NCBI RefSeq assembly: GCF_963921235.1
Contig: NC_086097.1
Coordinates: 251,474,001-251,538,000, forward strand
Reading direction: 5' to 3'
DNA length: 64,000 nt
Source of the DNA: Mobula hypostoma
Taxonomy: Eukaryota
Positions 1 through 12,142 of this stretch are shown piece after piece; position 1 is the first letter of the stretch; each line of letters opens with the position of its first letter. The notes beneath the pieces were generated by a model. The model worked only from the letters and a program-made list of their open reading frames with translations, was not told where the DNA came from and made no database searches. A program made the translations under genes and the position numbers.

Positions 1-166
1 TTAAATTAAATAACTAGTGCAAAAAGGTGAGGTAGTGTACATGGATTTATTGGCCACTTGGAAATGTGTAGGTGGAGGGGAAGAAGCTGTTGTTAATTTT
101 TGAATGTGGGTCTTCATGTTCCTATACCTTCTCTGTGATGGTAGTACTGAGAAGATGCCTTTAATA

Positions 167-292
167 AACACAAGAGATTCTGCAGATGCTGGAAATCTAG
201 AGCAACACACAAAATGCTGAAGTACACAGCAGGCTCGGCAGCATCAATGGAGGGGAGTCGATGTTTCAGGGCTGGGACCCTTCAGCTGATCC
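167..292 (-). mobile_element. Short Penelope-like 3' terminal insertion with decayed hammerhead
   Basis: Matches the PLE terminus seen elsewhere (ctgcagatgctgg...gcagcatc...tttc...cccttca). Flanked by agatgcctttaata at 153-166 and 293-306. Confidence 0.7.
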
Positions 293-489
293 AGATGCCT
301 TTAATATCCTTTTGAGAAATCAATTTAATATCCAGATGCCTTTAATATCCATTTGAGAAATCAAATGAGCTTGCTTTTATTATTTCTCCACCTCAGATAT
401 TCCTTAAGTGTCAGGCTGGATTTTTGATCTTAGCCCTTCAGAGTACAGCTTGAAAGCACAGCCTTCTGCCTCAGAAGCATAATTCGAGT

Positions 490-1105
490 TTCAAGATTGC
501 TTATTATCATTTCCAGTAAAGGGGAACAAAATAGTTGCTACTCCAGATCTGATGCAGCGCAAAAAACAATAAAATAAAGAATACAAGAATTATTATAAAA
601 TACAATAAATATAAATACAAAAAAAACTTATATACATAGATTAATTGTATGGTCATAAAAGAATGCTAGGCACAGGAGTGTCTGTACATAAAGTGACTCC
701 GACAGGAAGTGGTGGTTGAGGGTGTGGAGGGGTGGGTTAGTGGGTGGAGGTGTCGATCAGCCTTACTGCTTGGGGATAGTAACTGTTTTTGAGTCTGGTG
801 GTCCTGGTGTGGATGCTACGTAGCCTCCTCCCTGATGGGAGTGGGTCAGACGGTCCATGAGCAGGGTGGGAGGGATACTTCATCATGTTACTGGCCCTTT
901 TCTAGCACCTTTCTCTATATACGGCCTCTTTGGTGGGTAGGCTGCTGTCAGTGATGCATTGGATGGACAGTTTTGACAACCTGTTGCAGAGCCTTCCTGT
1001 TCACCACAGTGCAGTTTCTGTACCATGCAGTGAAACAGCATGTGAGGATGCTCTCTACTGCGCGTCTGTAGAATGATGTGAGTATAGATGTGCATAGTCC
1101 GATGT
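490..1105 (-). mobile_element. Rex1/Babar-like LINE 3' fragment
   Basis: Minus-strand remnant FYRRAVESILTCCFTAWYRNC...RKALQQVVKT plus AT-rich 3' UTR. Confidence 0.7.
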
Positions 1106-1194
1106 TTTCATGACAGGAAATATGTCTTTTCATAGAAAATGAACAATGGGGAAAGAAGCTTCCGGAATGAAAGTGTTACTGTGTGAGGACCAAT

Positions 1195-1617
1195 TGATGG
1201 CTCTGGGCCTCGTGGAATTCAGAAAAGTGAATGGGAATCTCATTTAAAACCTATTGAATATTGAAAGGCTTTTATACAGTGGAAGTGGAGAAGATGTTTC
1301 CAATAGTGGGGGAGTCTAAGACCAGAGGTTACAGCCTCAGAACAGAGGGCCGTCCACTTAGAGTGTAGATAAGGAGAACTTTCTTCAGCTAGAGTGTGGT
1401 GAAACTGTGGAACCCACTGCCACAGGCTGCCGTGGAGACTGAGTCATTGGGTATATTTAAGGCTGAGGTTGGTAGATTCTTGATTGGTCAGGGCTTGAAG
1501 GATATGGGGAGAAGGCAGGAGATTGGGGCTGAGAGGGAAATTTGATCAGCCATGATGAAATGGCAGAGCAGACACAATGTCCTAATTCTGCTCCTCTGTC
1601 TTACAGTCTTATGGTCT
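1195..1617 (+). mobile_element. CR1 LINE 3' fragment
   Basis: Degenerate RGDLI...FFxQRVV.LWN motifs; 3' UTR ending cttatggtct. Confidence 0.8.
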
Positions 1618-3017
1618 AAGCGTGGTGTGAACCCCAGGATCCTGAAAGAGTGTGTTGAACAGTTGTGTGGAGTTCTCCACCACATCTTCAGTCTGAGACT
1701 CAGCCAGGAAAGGGTCCTGACTGTGTGGAAAACATCCTGTGCCATCCCAATTCTGAAAGTCTTGAATGGCTACCGTCCAGTGGCCCTCCTGGTCCGATCA
1801 GCACTCGCTCCCCTGCAGTTTGCCTACCAGGAGCACATTGGAGTCGACGATGCTGTCATCTACCTGCTGAACAGAGCCTACTCCCATTTCGATAAGCAGG
1901 GCAGCACTGTGAGGATCATGGTGTTTGATTTCTCAAGTGCCTTCAACACCATGCAGCCCTCATTGCTGGGGTAAAAGCTCCATTCAATGCAGGCTGGCAC
2001 TTCCATTGTATCCTGGATACTGGATTAGCTGACCACAGTTTGTGTGGCTTCAGAGCTTTGTGTCAGACATGGTGATAAACAGCACTGAGGCCCCACAGGA
2101 ACTGTACTAGCTCCCTTCTCATTTACCCTGAATGCCTCAGACTTTAGATACAACACTGAGTCATGTCATTAACAGGATTTCTCTGATGACTCAGCAATAT
2201 TTGGGTGTATAAATGGAGGATGGGAGGATGGATACAGGGCCCTGGTGGAGGACTTTGCCAAATGGTGCAAGCTGAATCATCTACAGCTCAATGTCAGTAA
2301 GACAAAGGAGAAGGTGAGATGGTGATAGACTTCAGGAAGACTGACCCTGGGTTGGTTCCTATTACTACTGATGGTGAGGATGTGGATGTGGTGAGGACCT
2401 ACCAGTACCTGGGGGTGCACCTGGATGACAGACTTGAGTGAAGCACCAACACAGAGGCTGTGTACAAAAAGGGCCAGAGTCACCTCTAACTTCCTAAGGA
2501 GACTGAGGTCCTTTGGAGTGTGCAGGCCTCTCCTTCACATGTTCTACCAGTCTGTTGTTTCCAGTACAGTCTACTATGCGGTGGTGTGCTGGGGCATTGA
2601 CACCAACACGGGTGATGCCAACAGGCTCAATAAACTGATTAGAAAGGCTGGCTCTGTTATAGGAGTCAAACTGGACACACTGGAGGGTGTGGTAGAGCAA
2701 AGGGCCCTCCAGAAAATCCTGGCAATTCTGGACAATTTCCCACCCTCTGCATGCCACCTTGGCTGAACAGAGGAAACTTTCAGTAATAGACTAAGACAAC
2801 TGTCCTGCTCCAAAGAGTGTCATTCTTACCCTCGGCCGTTAGGCTCTATAATGAGTCGACCTATAGCTGGGGAAGTGATGACCCCCTCCTGTTAGACTGT
2901 TTATAGTAATTTATTATTTATTCTTTCTACTTCTCTTCTAATATTTATATCTGTACACTTCTAATGCTACTGTGACACTGTAATTTCCTTTGGAATCAAT
3001 GAAGTATCTATCTATCT
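1618..3017 (+). mobile_element. Rex1/Babar LINE, 5'-truncated, degenerate RT
   Basis: LQFAYQEHIGVDDAVIYLLNRAYSHFDKQGSTVRIMVFDFSSAFNT, GAPQG and FSDD remnants; (tatc)n tail. A related 3' end lies at 19180-19388. Confidence 0.88.
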
Positions 3018-3489
3018 AAGCTTGGGTTCTCATACTGCACAGGCCAAATGAAAAAAGATTAAAAACACTTGCTTTATTTTTATATACATTGAAACATGTG
3101 TCTTTGTATGGAAATAATGTGTAGGTCAGTTGGTTCTAAGGTTCCAAGGTAATTATATTATCAAAGCATGTATGTAAAATACAACTCTGAGATTTGTCTT
3201 CTCCAGATAGCCGCAGAATACAGAAAGACCATAGAAGTAGTTGAAAGAAATACTTCAATCTCCCCTGCACAAAAAGAAAAATAACAAAAACTCATAAACC
3301 CCAAACACTCCCAACCCCTCCCTCGCACAAGATCTAACAGATCACCCAAACCTCCACCCCACCAATCCACAACAAGAAAGAATGGGTGAGAACATGAAAA
3401 AACATAGATGTGAAAGAGGCCAATATGAACGATGATCCAATCCTTAAATCTCAGAATTCCGATAACATCTCCGAGAGCTTTGAGACCCA

Positions 3490-3871
3490 CCGGCCCCTCC
3501 AATGCCAGCGACTCGCACCAGCAGCTCCTCCAACGCCAGCAACTCACACCAGCAGCTCCTCCAACGCCAGCGACTCGCACCAGCAGCTCCTCCAACGCCA
3601 GCAACTCGCACCAGCAGCTCCTCCAACGCCAGCGACTCGCACCAGCAGCTCCTCCAACGCCAGCGACTCGCACCAGCAGCTCCTCCAACGCCAGCGACTC
3701 GCACCAGCAGCTCCTCCAACGCCAGCAACTCGCACCAGCAGCCCCTCCAACGCCAGCGACTCGCACCAGCAGCTCCTCCAACGCCAGCGACTCACACCAG
3801 CAGCCCCTCCAACGCCAGCAACTCACACCAGCAGCCCCTCCAATGCCAGCGACTCATTCCAGCAGCCCCTC
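3490..3871. repeat. 31-bp minisatellite, ~12 copies (cagcagctcctccaacgccagcgactcgcac)
   Basis: Direct tandem units; the ORF translations cycle with a 31-aa (3-unit) period. Confidence 0.95.
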
Positions 3872-3979
3872 TGAAGACAGCTGCTTGAACAAACAGCCTA
3901 TTGCTCGTCATTACAGAAACTCAATTGTAATGTAGGAAGGAGAACTCATTGCTGATCGGTTGCGTGGCAAACTCTTTAT

Positions 3980-4330
3980 GTCAATGACCGATGAAGACCA
4001 AATGTGTGCTGGAGGCAGCAAGCAAGTGTTGCCATTCTTCCAACATCGCATGCCCACATCTTACTAACCTTCACCCATACATCTTTGGAATCTGGGAGGA
4101 AAGTGGAGCACCCGGAGTTAACCCTCGCAGTCACAGGGAGAACAGACAAACTCTTTACAGACAGCAGCGGGAATTGATCCAAAGTTGATGATTGCTGGCA
4201 CTATAAACTGCAGTCACGGGGAGAATGTATAAACTCCTTACAGACTGTAGCAGGAATTGAACCCTGATCAGTGAGCACTGGCAATATAATGGAATATGCT
4301 AAACGCAGTAATGGGGTGATGGTACAAGCT
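3980..4330 (-). mobile_element. V-SINE (HE1-like) copies
   Basis: Reverse complement of the V-SINE core (tgggaggaaa..ggagcacccggag..aaccc.cgcagtcacagggagaac). Similar copies at 8125-8345, 48105-48495 and 63120-63300. Confidence 0.65.
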
Positions 4331-4514
4331 TGTTGAAGCTGTAAAGTGTTACACTAACTACTGCACTACTGCACCACCCCACTACCAAAGAGCTACCAGA
4401 CTTACTCCCGCTCTCTGACTCCTGATCTATACTCCTGCAGCACTTGACTCTCCACATGAACAACCAGCTAGAAGAAGCTACCAGAAGCCCAATGGCTCAA
4501 TACTGCAGCTAATG

Positions 4515-4825
4515 TTATCATCATTATTATGTGCTACAGAATTGGCTTGCCATTGCCACCTTCTGGGCAGTGTCTTTACAAGACGGGTGACCCCAGCCAT
4601 TATCAATACTCGTCAGAGATTGCCTTGGCGTTAGTGGTCGCATAACCAGGATTTGTTATATGAACCAGTTGCTTATACAACCATCCACCACCTGCTCCCA
4701 TAGCTTTATGTCACCCTGATCAGGGACTAAGCAGGTGCTACACCTTGCCCAAGGGTGACCTGCAGGCTAGCGGAGGGAAGGAGCACCTTACATCTCCGTT
4801 GGTAGAGATGTATCTCCACCCCGCC
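4515..4825 (-). mobile_element. RTE-related SINE (copy 1 of 3; others 9150-9478, 49338-49693)
   Basis: Three mutually similar ~320 bp copies. Copies 1 and 3 contain the RTE/BovB-type motif ggcaatggcaa.cca and an (atg)n-like tail. Confidence 0.65.
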
Positions 4826-5030
4826 TCTCTAGATCTTAGTTACATATTAACTAAAAGAAAATCTCATTTTTTTGTCTTCAAGTCCATGGAGAGAGGCTGG
4901 TCTCCATGATGCACTGAGTTGTGTCCACGACTCTCTGTATTTCCTTGCTGTGATGCACACACCAGCTGCAATGCGGCCTACCCCGTGAGCAAGAGAGCCC
5001 CTGTGAAAGATGCGCAGAACCGGTAAGATC

Positions 5031-5294
5031 TGGTAGCGTAGTGCTCACTTCCACTGCCTGCTCTAGGTGAAGGTTCCATTCCTGCCACTGTCTGTACATT
5101 CTCCCAGTAACTGTGTGGGTTTCCTCCGGGTGCTCTGATTTTCTCCCACAATCCAAAGGTGTACAGGTTAGGTGTAGTAAGTTATGGGTATGTTTATGTT
5201 GGCACCGGAGGCATGGCGACACTTGTGGGCTACCCTCAGCTCATCCTCACTAATTTGATTTGAAACAAAGGACGGATTTCATTGTACGTTTTCA
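5031..5294 (+). mobile_element. V-SINE (HE1-like)
   Basis: tRNA-like head remnants plus core tgtgggtttcctccgggtgctctgattttctcccaca. Confidence 0.7.
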
Positions 5295-5910
5295 TAGAAT
5301 TAGGCCATTCAGCCCATTGTGTCAAGTCTAACATTCCATCATGGCTGATTTATTACCCCTCTCAACATCATTCTCCTGCCTTCTCCATGTAACCTTTGAC
5401 GCTCTTTCTAATCAAGAACCTTTCAGCCGCTGCTTTAAATATACCCAATGACTTGGCTGCCACAGACATTTGTGGCAATGAATTCCACAGGTTTGCCACC
5501 CTCTGCCTAAAGAAGTTCCTCTCATCTCTGTTCCAAAGGGGCGCCCAAGACTCTCCCATAGTTGGAAACATCCTCTTCACGTCCAACTCAGCAGGTCTGA
5601 CAGCATCTCTGAAGAGGAGTAAACAGTCGCTGTTTCAGATGAAGACTCTTCTTTGGGACCACATCCACTCTTTCTAGGCGTTTCAATATTCGCTGGGTTT
5701 CGATGAGATCCCCCCCCGCCTTTCTGCAAAGCTCCAGCAAGTACAGACCCAGAGCCATCAAACGCTCCTCGTGCTTTAACCCTTTCATTCTCATGAACCT
5801 CCCCTGGAATCACTCCAATGCCAGAACATCTTTGCTAAGGGGCCCAAAATTGCTCACAATTCTGCAAGTGCGGTCTGCCCAATGCCCCACAGAGGCTCAG
5901 CATTAAATCC
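5295..5910 (-). mobile_element. CR1 3' fragment, with a small PLE-like piece at ~5588-5655
   Basis: RNFFRQRVANLWNSLPQ...AKSLGIFK and RPHL..CEQFWAP on the minus strand. Confidence 0.75.
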
Positions 5911-6394
5911 TTGCTTTTTTGTTCTAGTCCGGTCGAAATGATTTTGAGTTGCCAAAAGAAAAGTTGTATTCTGACTTCCTGTAGGCACAAGGCCAAGCGA
6001 TGCCAAGGAAATAATTTGAAAAAGAGCAATTTGAAACAACAATGGAGAAAAGCTGTTCACACTTGGCAGTTCATTCAGTCAATGAACAGCTGGAACTGTG
6101 TAGACTCTATATATCACACAACAACAGCCTTAAACAGAACTGCTTTTGAACAAAGGTATTAATTAACAGCCGGCACACTGACATGCAAATTAATACTGTC
6201 TCAGACCTTTGGACGAAGACTCAAGTTCAGCCACATGCAGATAATGGAAAATGCTGTCAAACTGCAAACTTATAATTGGTGAGATTTATAAAGATAAAGT
6301 TAGGTTTTATTTGTCACATTTACATCAAAACATCAGAACATACAGTGAAATGCAACGGTTGTTTCTATAGATGTGTGGTGGAGATTATATTACG

Positions 6395-6970
6395 AAGAAA
6401 GCATGACAGCACTTCTACTCCCTTAGGAGACTGTGAAGATTCACCATACCATCTAAAACTTTGACAAATTTCTATTGATGTATAGTGGAGAGTATATTGA
6501 CTGGTTGCATCACAGCCTAGTGTAGAAACACTAAAGTGTATGAATGAAAAACTACAAAAAGTAATGTTTATGGCCCAGTCCATCACGGGTAAAGCCCTCC
6601 TCACCATTGAGCACACCTAATGAAGCGTTGTCACAGGAAAGCAGCATCCATCATCAGGGACTCCCCACTACCCAGGCCATGCTCTCCTCTCACTGCTGCC
6701 ATCAGGAAGAAGGCACAGGAGCCTCAGGCCTCAAACCACCAGGTTTAATAACAGTTATTACTCCTCAGATATCAAGTTCTTGAACCAGAGAGGAAAACTT
6801 CACTCAACTTCATTCGCCCCATCATTAAAATGTTCCCACAACCTATGGACTTACTTTCAAGGACTCTTCATCCCACGTTTTTGATGTTTATTATTTATTT
6901 ATTTATTTATTTATGTATTTATTATTCTTTCTTTCTTTTTGTTTTGCACAGTTTGTTGTCTTTTGCACTC
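6395..6970 (+). mobile_element. Old Rex1-like LINE 3' fragment (tail resumes 8030-8120)
   Basis: Recurrent gcagcatccatcatc...catcaggaagaagg.acaggagcctcagg motif; also at 38005-38460, 48500-48915 and 28080-28765 (-). Confidence 0.65.
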
Positions 6971-6971
6971 C

Positions 6972-7339
6972 GGTGGACTCTCTGACGGTGGTGTCTGAAA
7001 AGAGGATACTGTCCAAGTTGCATGCCATCTTGGTCAATGTCTCCCATCCACTACATAATGTACTGGGTGGGCACAGGAGTACATTCAGCCAGAGACTCAT
7101 TCCACCGAGATGCAGCACAGAGCGTCATAGGAAGTCATTCCTGCCTGTGGCCATCAAACTTTACAACTCCTCCCTTGGAGGGTCAGACACCCTCAGCCAA
7201 TAGGCTGGTCCTGGACTTATTTCCTGGCATAATTTACATATTACTATTTAACTATTTATGGTTTTATTACTATTTATTTATGTGCAACTGTAACGAAAAC
7301 CAGTTTCCCCTGGGATCAATAAAGTATGACTATGACTAT
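6972..7339 (+). mobile_element. Young Rex1 LINE 3' end, (tatgac)n tail
   Basis: DSLTVVSEKRILSKLHAIL...HRKSFLPVAIKLYNSS, near-identical to the copies at 15591 and 61910. Confidence 0.9.
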
Positions 7340-7344
7340 TAGTA

Positions 7345-8029
7345 ACTACGCAATTCAATAATATAGATTCAGATATATCAAACAGATTAGCAAAGATTAT
7401 ATATGTAAGTGTGGAAATATAAAAACCAAGCTTCTTCAAGCCTCGGGGTAAATGGATACAGTCTTACAATGATGAGTAAAGTTCAGTTCAGTTCGTGGTA
7501 TTCAGTTTAGTAGTGATGGAGAGAGAGAGGTGTTGTGGTTGTTGGAGTAAGCGGATGCCGTTGGTTCTTCCCGTTGTCCTCTGAAATCCTTTAGAAGTCA
7601 CCGAATGTGACCACAACAAGGGGACCGTTTTATGTGGTGGAGTTATCAACCCAGGCGAGGATTGGACACTGATAACTTCCCACTGGTCACACCTTTTCCA
7701 CACTGCGAGAGCCACTGATCGATCCTCCAAAAACCCACCTTTCTGTGGGCACAACAAAGCTCATCCAGTGTCCAAAATCATGTGTCTGTGTGTCTACCAG
7801 CTGACCTTGTATTTATCTCAGCATGCTGAACACCAGTGGTCCATCAAGTAGTTCCTCCCTTCTCTCTCTGCAGGAACTCAGAAGCTGGCAGTGTCCTTGC
7901 AGAAATTCCAAACAAACTGTGAGCAGTCCTCTCCTCTCTCTCCCTTAATAACAAGGTGTTTGTGCTGTACAGCTCTTTCTCTCTTTTTAAAAGCACGGTT
8001 CATAAGGGATAATTCAGGATCCCGTCACA
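7345..8029 (-). mobile_element. Possible partial solo LTR
   Basis: Block interrupting a LINE tail and ending ...cccgtcaca (TG start on the minus strand). No second terminus or TSD seen. Confidence 0.3.
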
Positions 8030-8671
8030 GTATGCACGCAAGAAAATGAATCTTGGGGTTGTATATGGTGACATACATGTACTTTGATAATAAATTTACT
8101 TTGAACTTTTGTACTTTGAAATCAACAGGTCAACCCACAAGTGTCATCATGCTTCCACGTGGCAGCATAGCACAACTCACAAACCCTCACCCATACATCT
8201 TTGGAATGTAGGTGGAAACTGGAGCACCCAGAGGAAACCCACGTAGTCAGGGGCAGAATGCACAAACTCCTTGCAGATAGTGGTGGGAATTGAACCCTGA
8301 TCGGTTATCGCTGGCACCATAAAGTGAGGCTACTGTACCACCCTGTACAGATGTTAGGGCAAATTAAGTGCTGAGAGCAACATTCAAATAGTGAGTGCAG
8401 CAACCCACCACCCAGCATTTTCTGTCTGTTACTCTGGATTTCTAGCATCTGCAGAATCTGTTCAGTGACGAGGCTTGGATCTGAAGTGTACATTATCTAT
8501 AATCTGGATATTTTCAAAGACATCGATGTTGGAAAAGGAAGAACGTTGCATTCAATATCATGACTACGTTGAATTTGAGAAATCCAATCCTGCACGATTA
8601 CTCCCAAATCCATTTGCACCTCTGATTTTTGAATTTGCTCCCCATTTAGAAAATAGTCTACACCTTTATTC

Positions 8672-9075
8672 CACACAAAATGCTGGAGGATCTCAGCATC
8701 TCAGGTGGTATCCATGGAAATAAGTGAACAGTCGATGTTTCGGCTGAGACTCTTCATCAGGACTGGAAAGGAAGGGAGAAGATGGTGGGGAGGAACACAA
8801 GCTGTTGGCTAATAGATGAGATCAGCTGGGAGGAAGATGGGTGAGTGGAGAAAGGTGGGAAGAAGTAAGAAGCTGCGAGGTGATAGGTGGAAAAGGTAAA
8901 GGGCTGAAGAAGAAGGAATCCGATAGGAGTTGACAGTGAACCATGGGAGGAAAGGAAGGAGGAGGGGCACTAGAGGGACATATGGGAGTGGGAAGTTGAA
9001 TTGGAATGGCGGCCACTGGGAGATCCTACCTTTTGTGGTGGATGGAGTGAAGGCGCTTGATGAAGCAGTCCCCAA
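8672..9075 (-). mobile_element. Penelope-like element 3' fragment
   Basis: ctcccagtggcc.ccattccaattc GIY-YIG C-terminal remnant, pyrimidine-rich UTR and decayed hammerhead at 8729-8766. Confidence 0.75.
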
Positions 9076-9882
9076 TCAGCGAGGGGTCTCACTGCTGATG
9101 GGAAGCCATGAGCATTGCTTTTGATGTTTGGCAGCTCATTATGAATAATCATCATCTTCATTCTGCGCTGTGTTGCATGGCATGGGCGATCACGGTCTTC
9201 GCATGGACAATGACTTTACAAGATGGCTGACCCCAGCCATTATCAATAGTCTTCAGAGATCATCTGCGTGGCCTCAGGGGTCACATAAGTAGGATCTGTG
9301 ATACGCACCAGCTGCTCATACAACCATCCTCCATCTGCTCCCATGGCTACACGCGACCCTGATCGGGGGGGTGGGGGGGCGAAGCAGGTGCTACACCTTG
9401 CTCGAGGCTGACCTGCAGGCTAGTGATGGAAGGAACATCTCACACCTCCTTTGGTAGAGACAGATCTCCACACCACCAGCCAAAACAATATGAATGACCC
9501 GGCAAATCATCAGTCGCGATTCAATCATCAGGGGTTGTACAGAGTCTGCAAATATCCAACAAAACAGAGGGGAAGATAAAAGCAATATAAAAATAAAGCA
9601 CTTCAGATTCCAGGAATCTGAAAGAAAAACAGGAAATGTGCGATAAACAAACAGTAAATGTGTATGGTGTATGGGTTTTATTAGAGCTGACATTGACCTT
9701 TGCGTGTGAACTGTTTGTGACGATGAGTCACAGAATGTAATCTAGCAATTTAAAATTATCAGTCCTTTGAAATCAAGAAACTTTCGCAAGGAAATATTTT
9801 GGCGGCAGATTCTTGGTGAGTAAGTGTTATTGATAGCATTGTTCTATTACATTGTTTATGGTCAACTTCCAGGCAGATTGCA

Positions 9883-10045
9883 AACTTGTGGTTTGGAGGA
9901 TTGCGTGCCTCAATGACCCGAGAGCTGGAGTCAGGGCTTTATACTTCGGCTCTTGGTAGGGTCATCCATGCCAAACAGGGCAAAGGGTAGAGGCCAGGCT
10001 AAGAGTTCCCCAGGTCTGGGGGTTCAGCTGAGGGCTAACAACAAA
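9883..10045 (+). mobile_element. RTE 5'UTR-derived short repeat
   Basis: cttggtagggtcatccatgcc, similar to the RTE-type head at 22680-22720. Confidence 0.45.
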
Positions 10046-10665
10046 CAAAAAATTGGGCAGTGACCGATCGATAAGAGGGATTGCGTAAAAAGAGCTACCT
10101 TTCAATCAGGTCGTGATTTAAAAGGCAGAGCTCCAAGGCAGTTTCTCAGAGTTCAGCTGCAATCAATTGCCGAGCAGGGTTCATTAGAAAGCACGAATAA
10201 AAATAATGCAAGTGCAAAGGAACGGCTATTGTTGTGAGTGTGCAAGTGTTCAGAGTGACTTTGGCTCGTCAGGCTGAGGCAAGATCAGACTTGGCAAGGC
10301 AAAGTATCCAGTAAGATTCTCACTTTTGGTTCTAACTTGTTCCTTCCACATCTGTTAGGGCATAGTAGATTTGTAAGAATGGGTCCAGGGGCAGTGTTTT
10401 GTACTCTGTGTGGAATGTGGGAAGTCTGGGAGACCTCCATTCTCCTAAATAAATACATCTGCATCATTTGTACCGAGCTGCAGGTCCTGAGAGGATGTAT
10501 TAAGGAAATGGAGCTGCAGTTTGATGACCTTTGACTCATATGGGAGAATGAGAGGTGATAGACAGGAGGTACAGGGGGATAGTCACCCCTAGGTTGTAGG
10601 AGACAGGTAACTGGGTGACTGTCAGGAGAAAGAGGGGAAATACACAGCCAGTACAGAGTACACTT

Positions 10666-10804
10666 ACAGTTAGTCCTGACGAAGGGTCTCGGCCTGAAAC
10701 GTCGACTGCACCTCTTCCTATAGATGCTGCTTGGCCTGCTGCGTTCACCAGCAACTTTGATGTATGTTGCTTGAATTTCCAGCATCTGCAGAATTCCTGT
10801 TGTT
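10666..10804 (+). mobile_element. 139-bp PLE mini-insertion (hammerhead plus terminus)
   Basis: Exact 14-bp TSD tacagagtacactt at 10652-10665 and 10805-10818. Confidence 0.92.
10672..10707 (+). ncRNA. Minimal type I hammerhead ribozyme motif
   Basis: agtc-CTGACGA-agg(gtctcgg)cct-GAAA-CGTC-gact. Stem I agtc/gact, stem II, palindromic ACGT in place of helix III, GUC cleavage triplet. Confidence 0.8.
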
Positions 10805-11252
10805 TACAGAGTACACTTGTGGCTTTTCCCCTCAATAATAGGTACACAACTTTAGTTACTATTGAGCGGGATGACCAACTGGCCGGGGTGGGGTGGGGTG
10901 GGGAGACACAGTGACCAGCTCTGACACTGAGTCGGGGGCTGTGGCTCAGAAGAGCAGAGAGGTGAAGAGGACTACACTGTTGACACCTAGTCAGAGGAAC
11001 AGACGGGATTCTGATGGATCTCAGATCAAATCCATGGCGTTCTCAAGGGGGAGGGTAAGCAGCCAGAATACTTGGTGCATACTGGCACCAAAGACATACT
11101 GTGCATAGACAGGGTGAGGAGGTCCTGAAGAGAAATTTTAGGGAGCTATGTATAAAGCTGACAAACAGGACCTCCTCGGAAGTAATCTCACAATTGCTGT
11201 TTGTGCAATACATCAGTGTGGGTAAGATTAGGATGATTTGGCAGGTAAATTT

Positions 11253-11935
11253 GGAGGAGGAGAAGATGGCGGCGCGACGCAGCGCGTGCGGCCTCTCCGG
11301 TGAATGATATCTGTAATCTGTCAAGTAGGGGACCGTGCACAATTCTGATTTGATAGAGACAGACGTGAGAGTACGGAGGGACATCTGGAAAACTTCTGAA
11401 ATGCCCGCTTCGCTGCCGCTGCTACTGTGTGGTAACCGGAATCTCTGGAGCAGAAGGCCCCCAATCCTCAGCCTTGCGTGTTTCAGCGGCCGGGGCGAGG
11501 TTGAAGGCGCTCGGCAGAGGATGGCGCTCGGGAGGCTGTATCGGAGGGGCTGGTCGGAGGCTCGAAGTTTTCGGACGGATGGACTCAGTGTCGGCTGTGG
11601 TTGGCTGCTTCCAAGGTATTGGCAAGTTGATGGTGCCTGGAGGTTTATGGCAGGGAGTTTCTCCCTTTTGCCGCCTGCTATCAGGGACTCGGGAGTCGAT
11701 CGGGACTTGAGGCTTTTTTTTACCGTGCCCATGGTCTGTTCTTTATCAAATTATGGTATTGTTTTGCACTGCTGTAACTATATGTTATAATTATGTGGTT
11801 CTGTCAGTGTTAGTCTTTGGTTTGTCCTGTTTTCTGTGATATCACTCCGGAGGAACATTGTATCATTTCTTAATGCATGTATGCTTTTCTAAATGACAAT
11901 AAAAGAGGACTGAGTGTTCTCATAATCTAAAAAAA
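11253..11935 (+). mobile_element. ~680-bp non-autonomous retroposon with YY1-motif head (copy A)
   Basis: Starts GGAGGAGGAGAAGATGGCGGC, ends aatgacaataaaagaggactg...aatctaa; four copies in the window. Confidence 0.8.
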
Positions 11936-12106
11936 GTGCATGGCTGATGAACTGGTGCAGGAGGCAGGGCTTCAGATTTATGGATCACTGGGATCTATTC
12001 TGGGGAAGGTATGACTTATACAAAAGGGACAGAATATATCTGAGCAACATACATCAAAGTTGCTGGTGAACGCAGCAGGCCAGGCAGCATCTATAGGAAG
12101 AGGCGC

Positions 12107-12142
12107 AGTCGACGTTTCAGGCCGAGACCCTTCGTCAGGACT
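12107..12142 (-). ncRNA. Minimal hammerhead ribozyme motif (left arm)
   Basis: Exact reverse complement of the motif at 10672-10707. Confidence 0.8.

Noticed and set aside
364..480. Terminal exon of an upstream gene such as ESRP1
   Set aside because: There is an acceptor-like site, but all three frames close quickly and none resembles ESRP1.
3161..3935. Gln/Pro/Ser-rich ORFs as mucin-like or polyQ proteins
   Set aside because: A 31-bp unit shifts frame each copy, so all frames give the same cyclic peptide.
8729..8766. Additional active hammerheads (also ~256-288, 18985-19020, 32258-32295, 40662-40699, 42461-42497, 52541-52579)
   Set aside because: Core or helix III mutations make activity unlikely; counted only as decayed PLE motifs.
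11043..11790. Long ORFs over the YY1-head element
   Set aside because: They are not conserved in frame among the four copies and are explained by GC richness.
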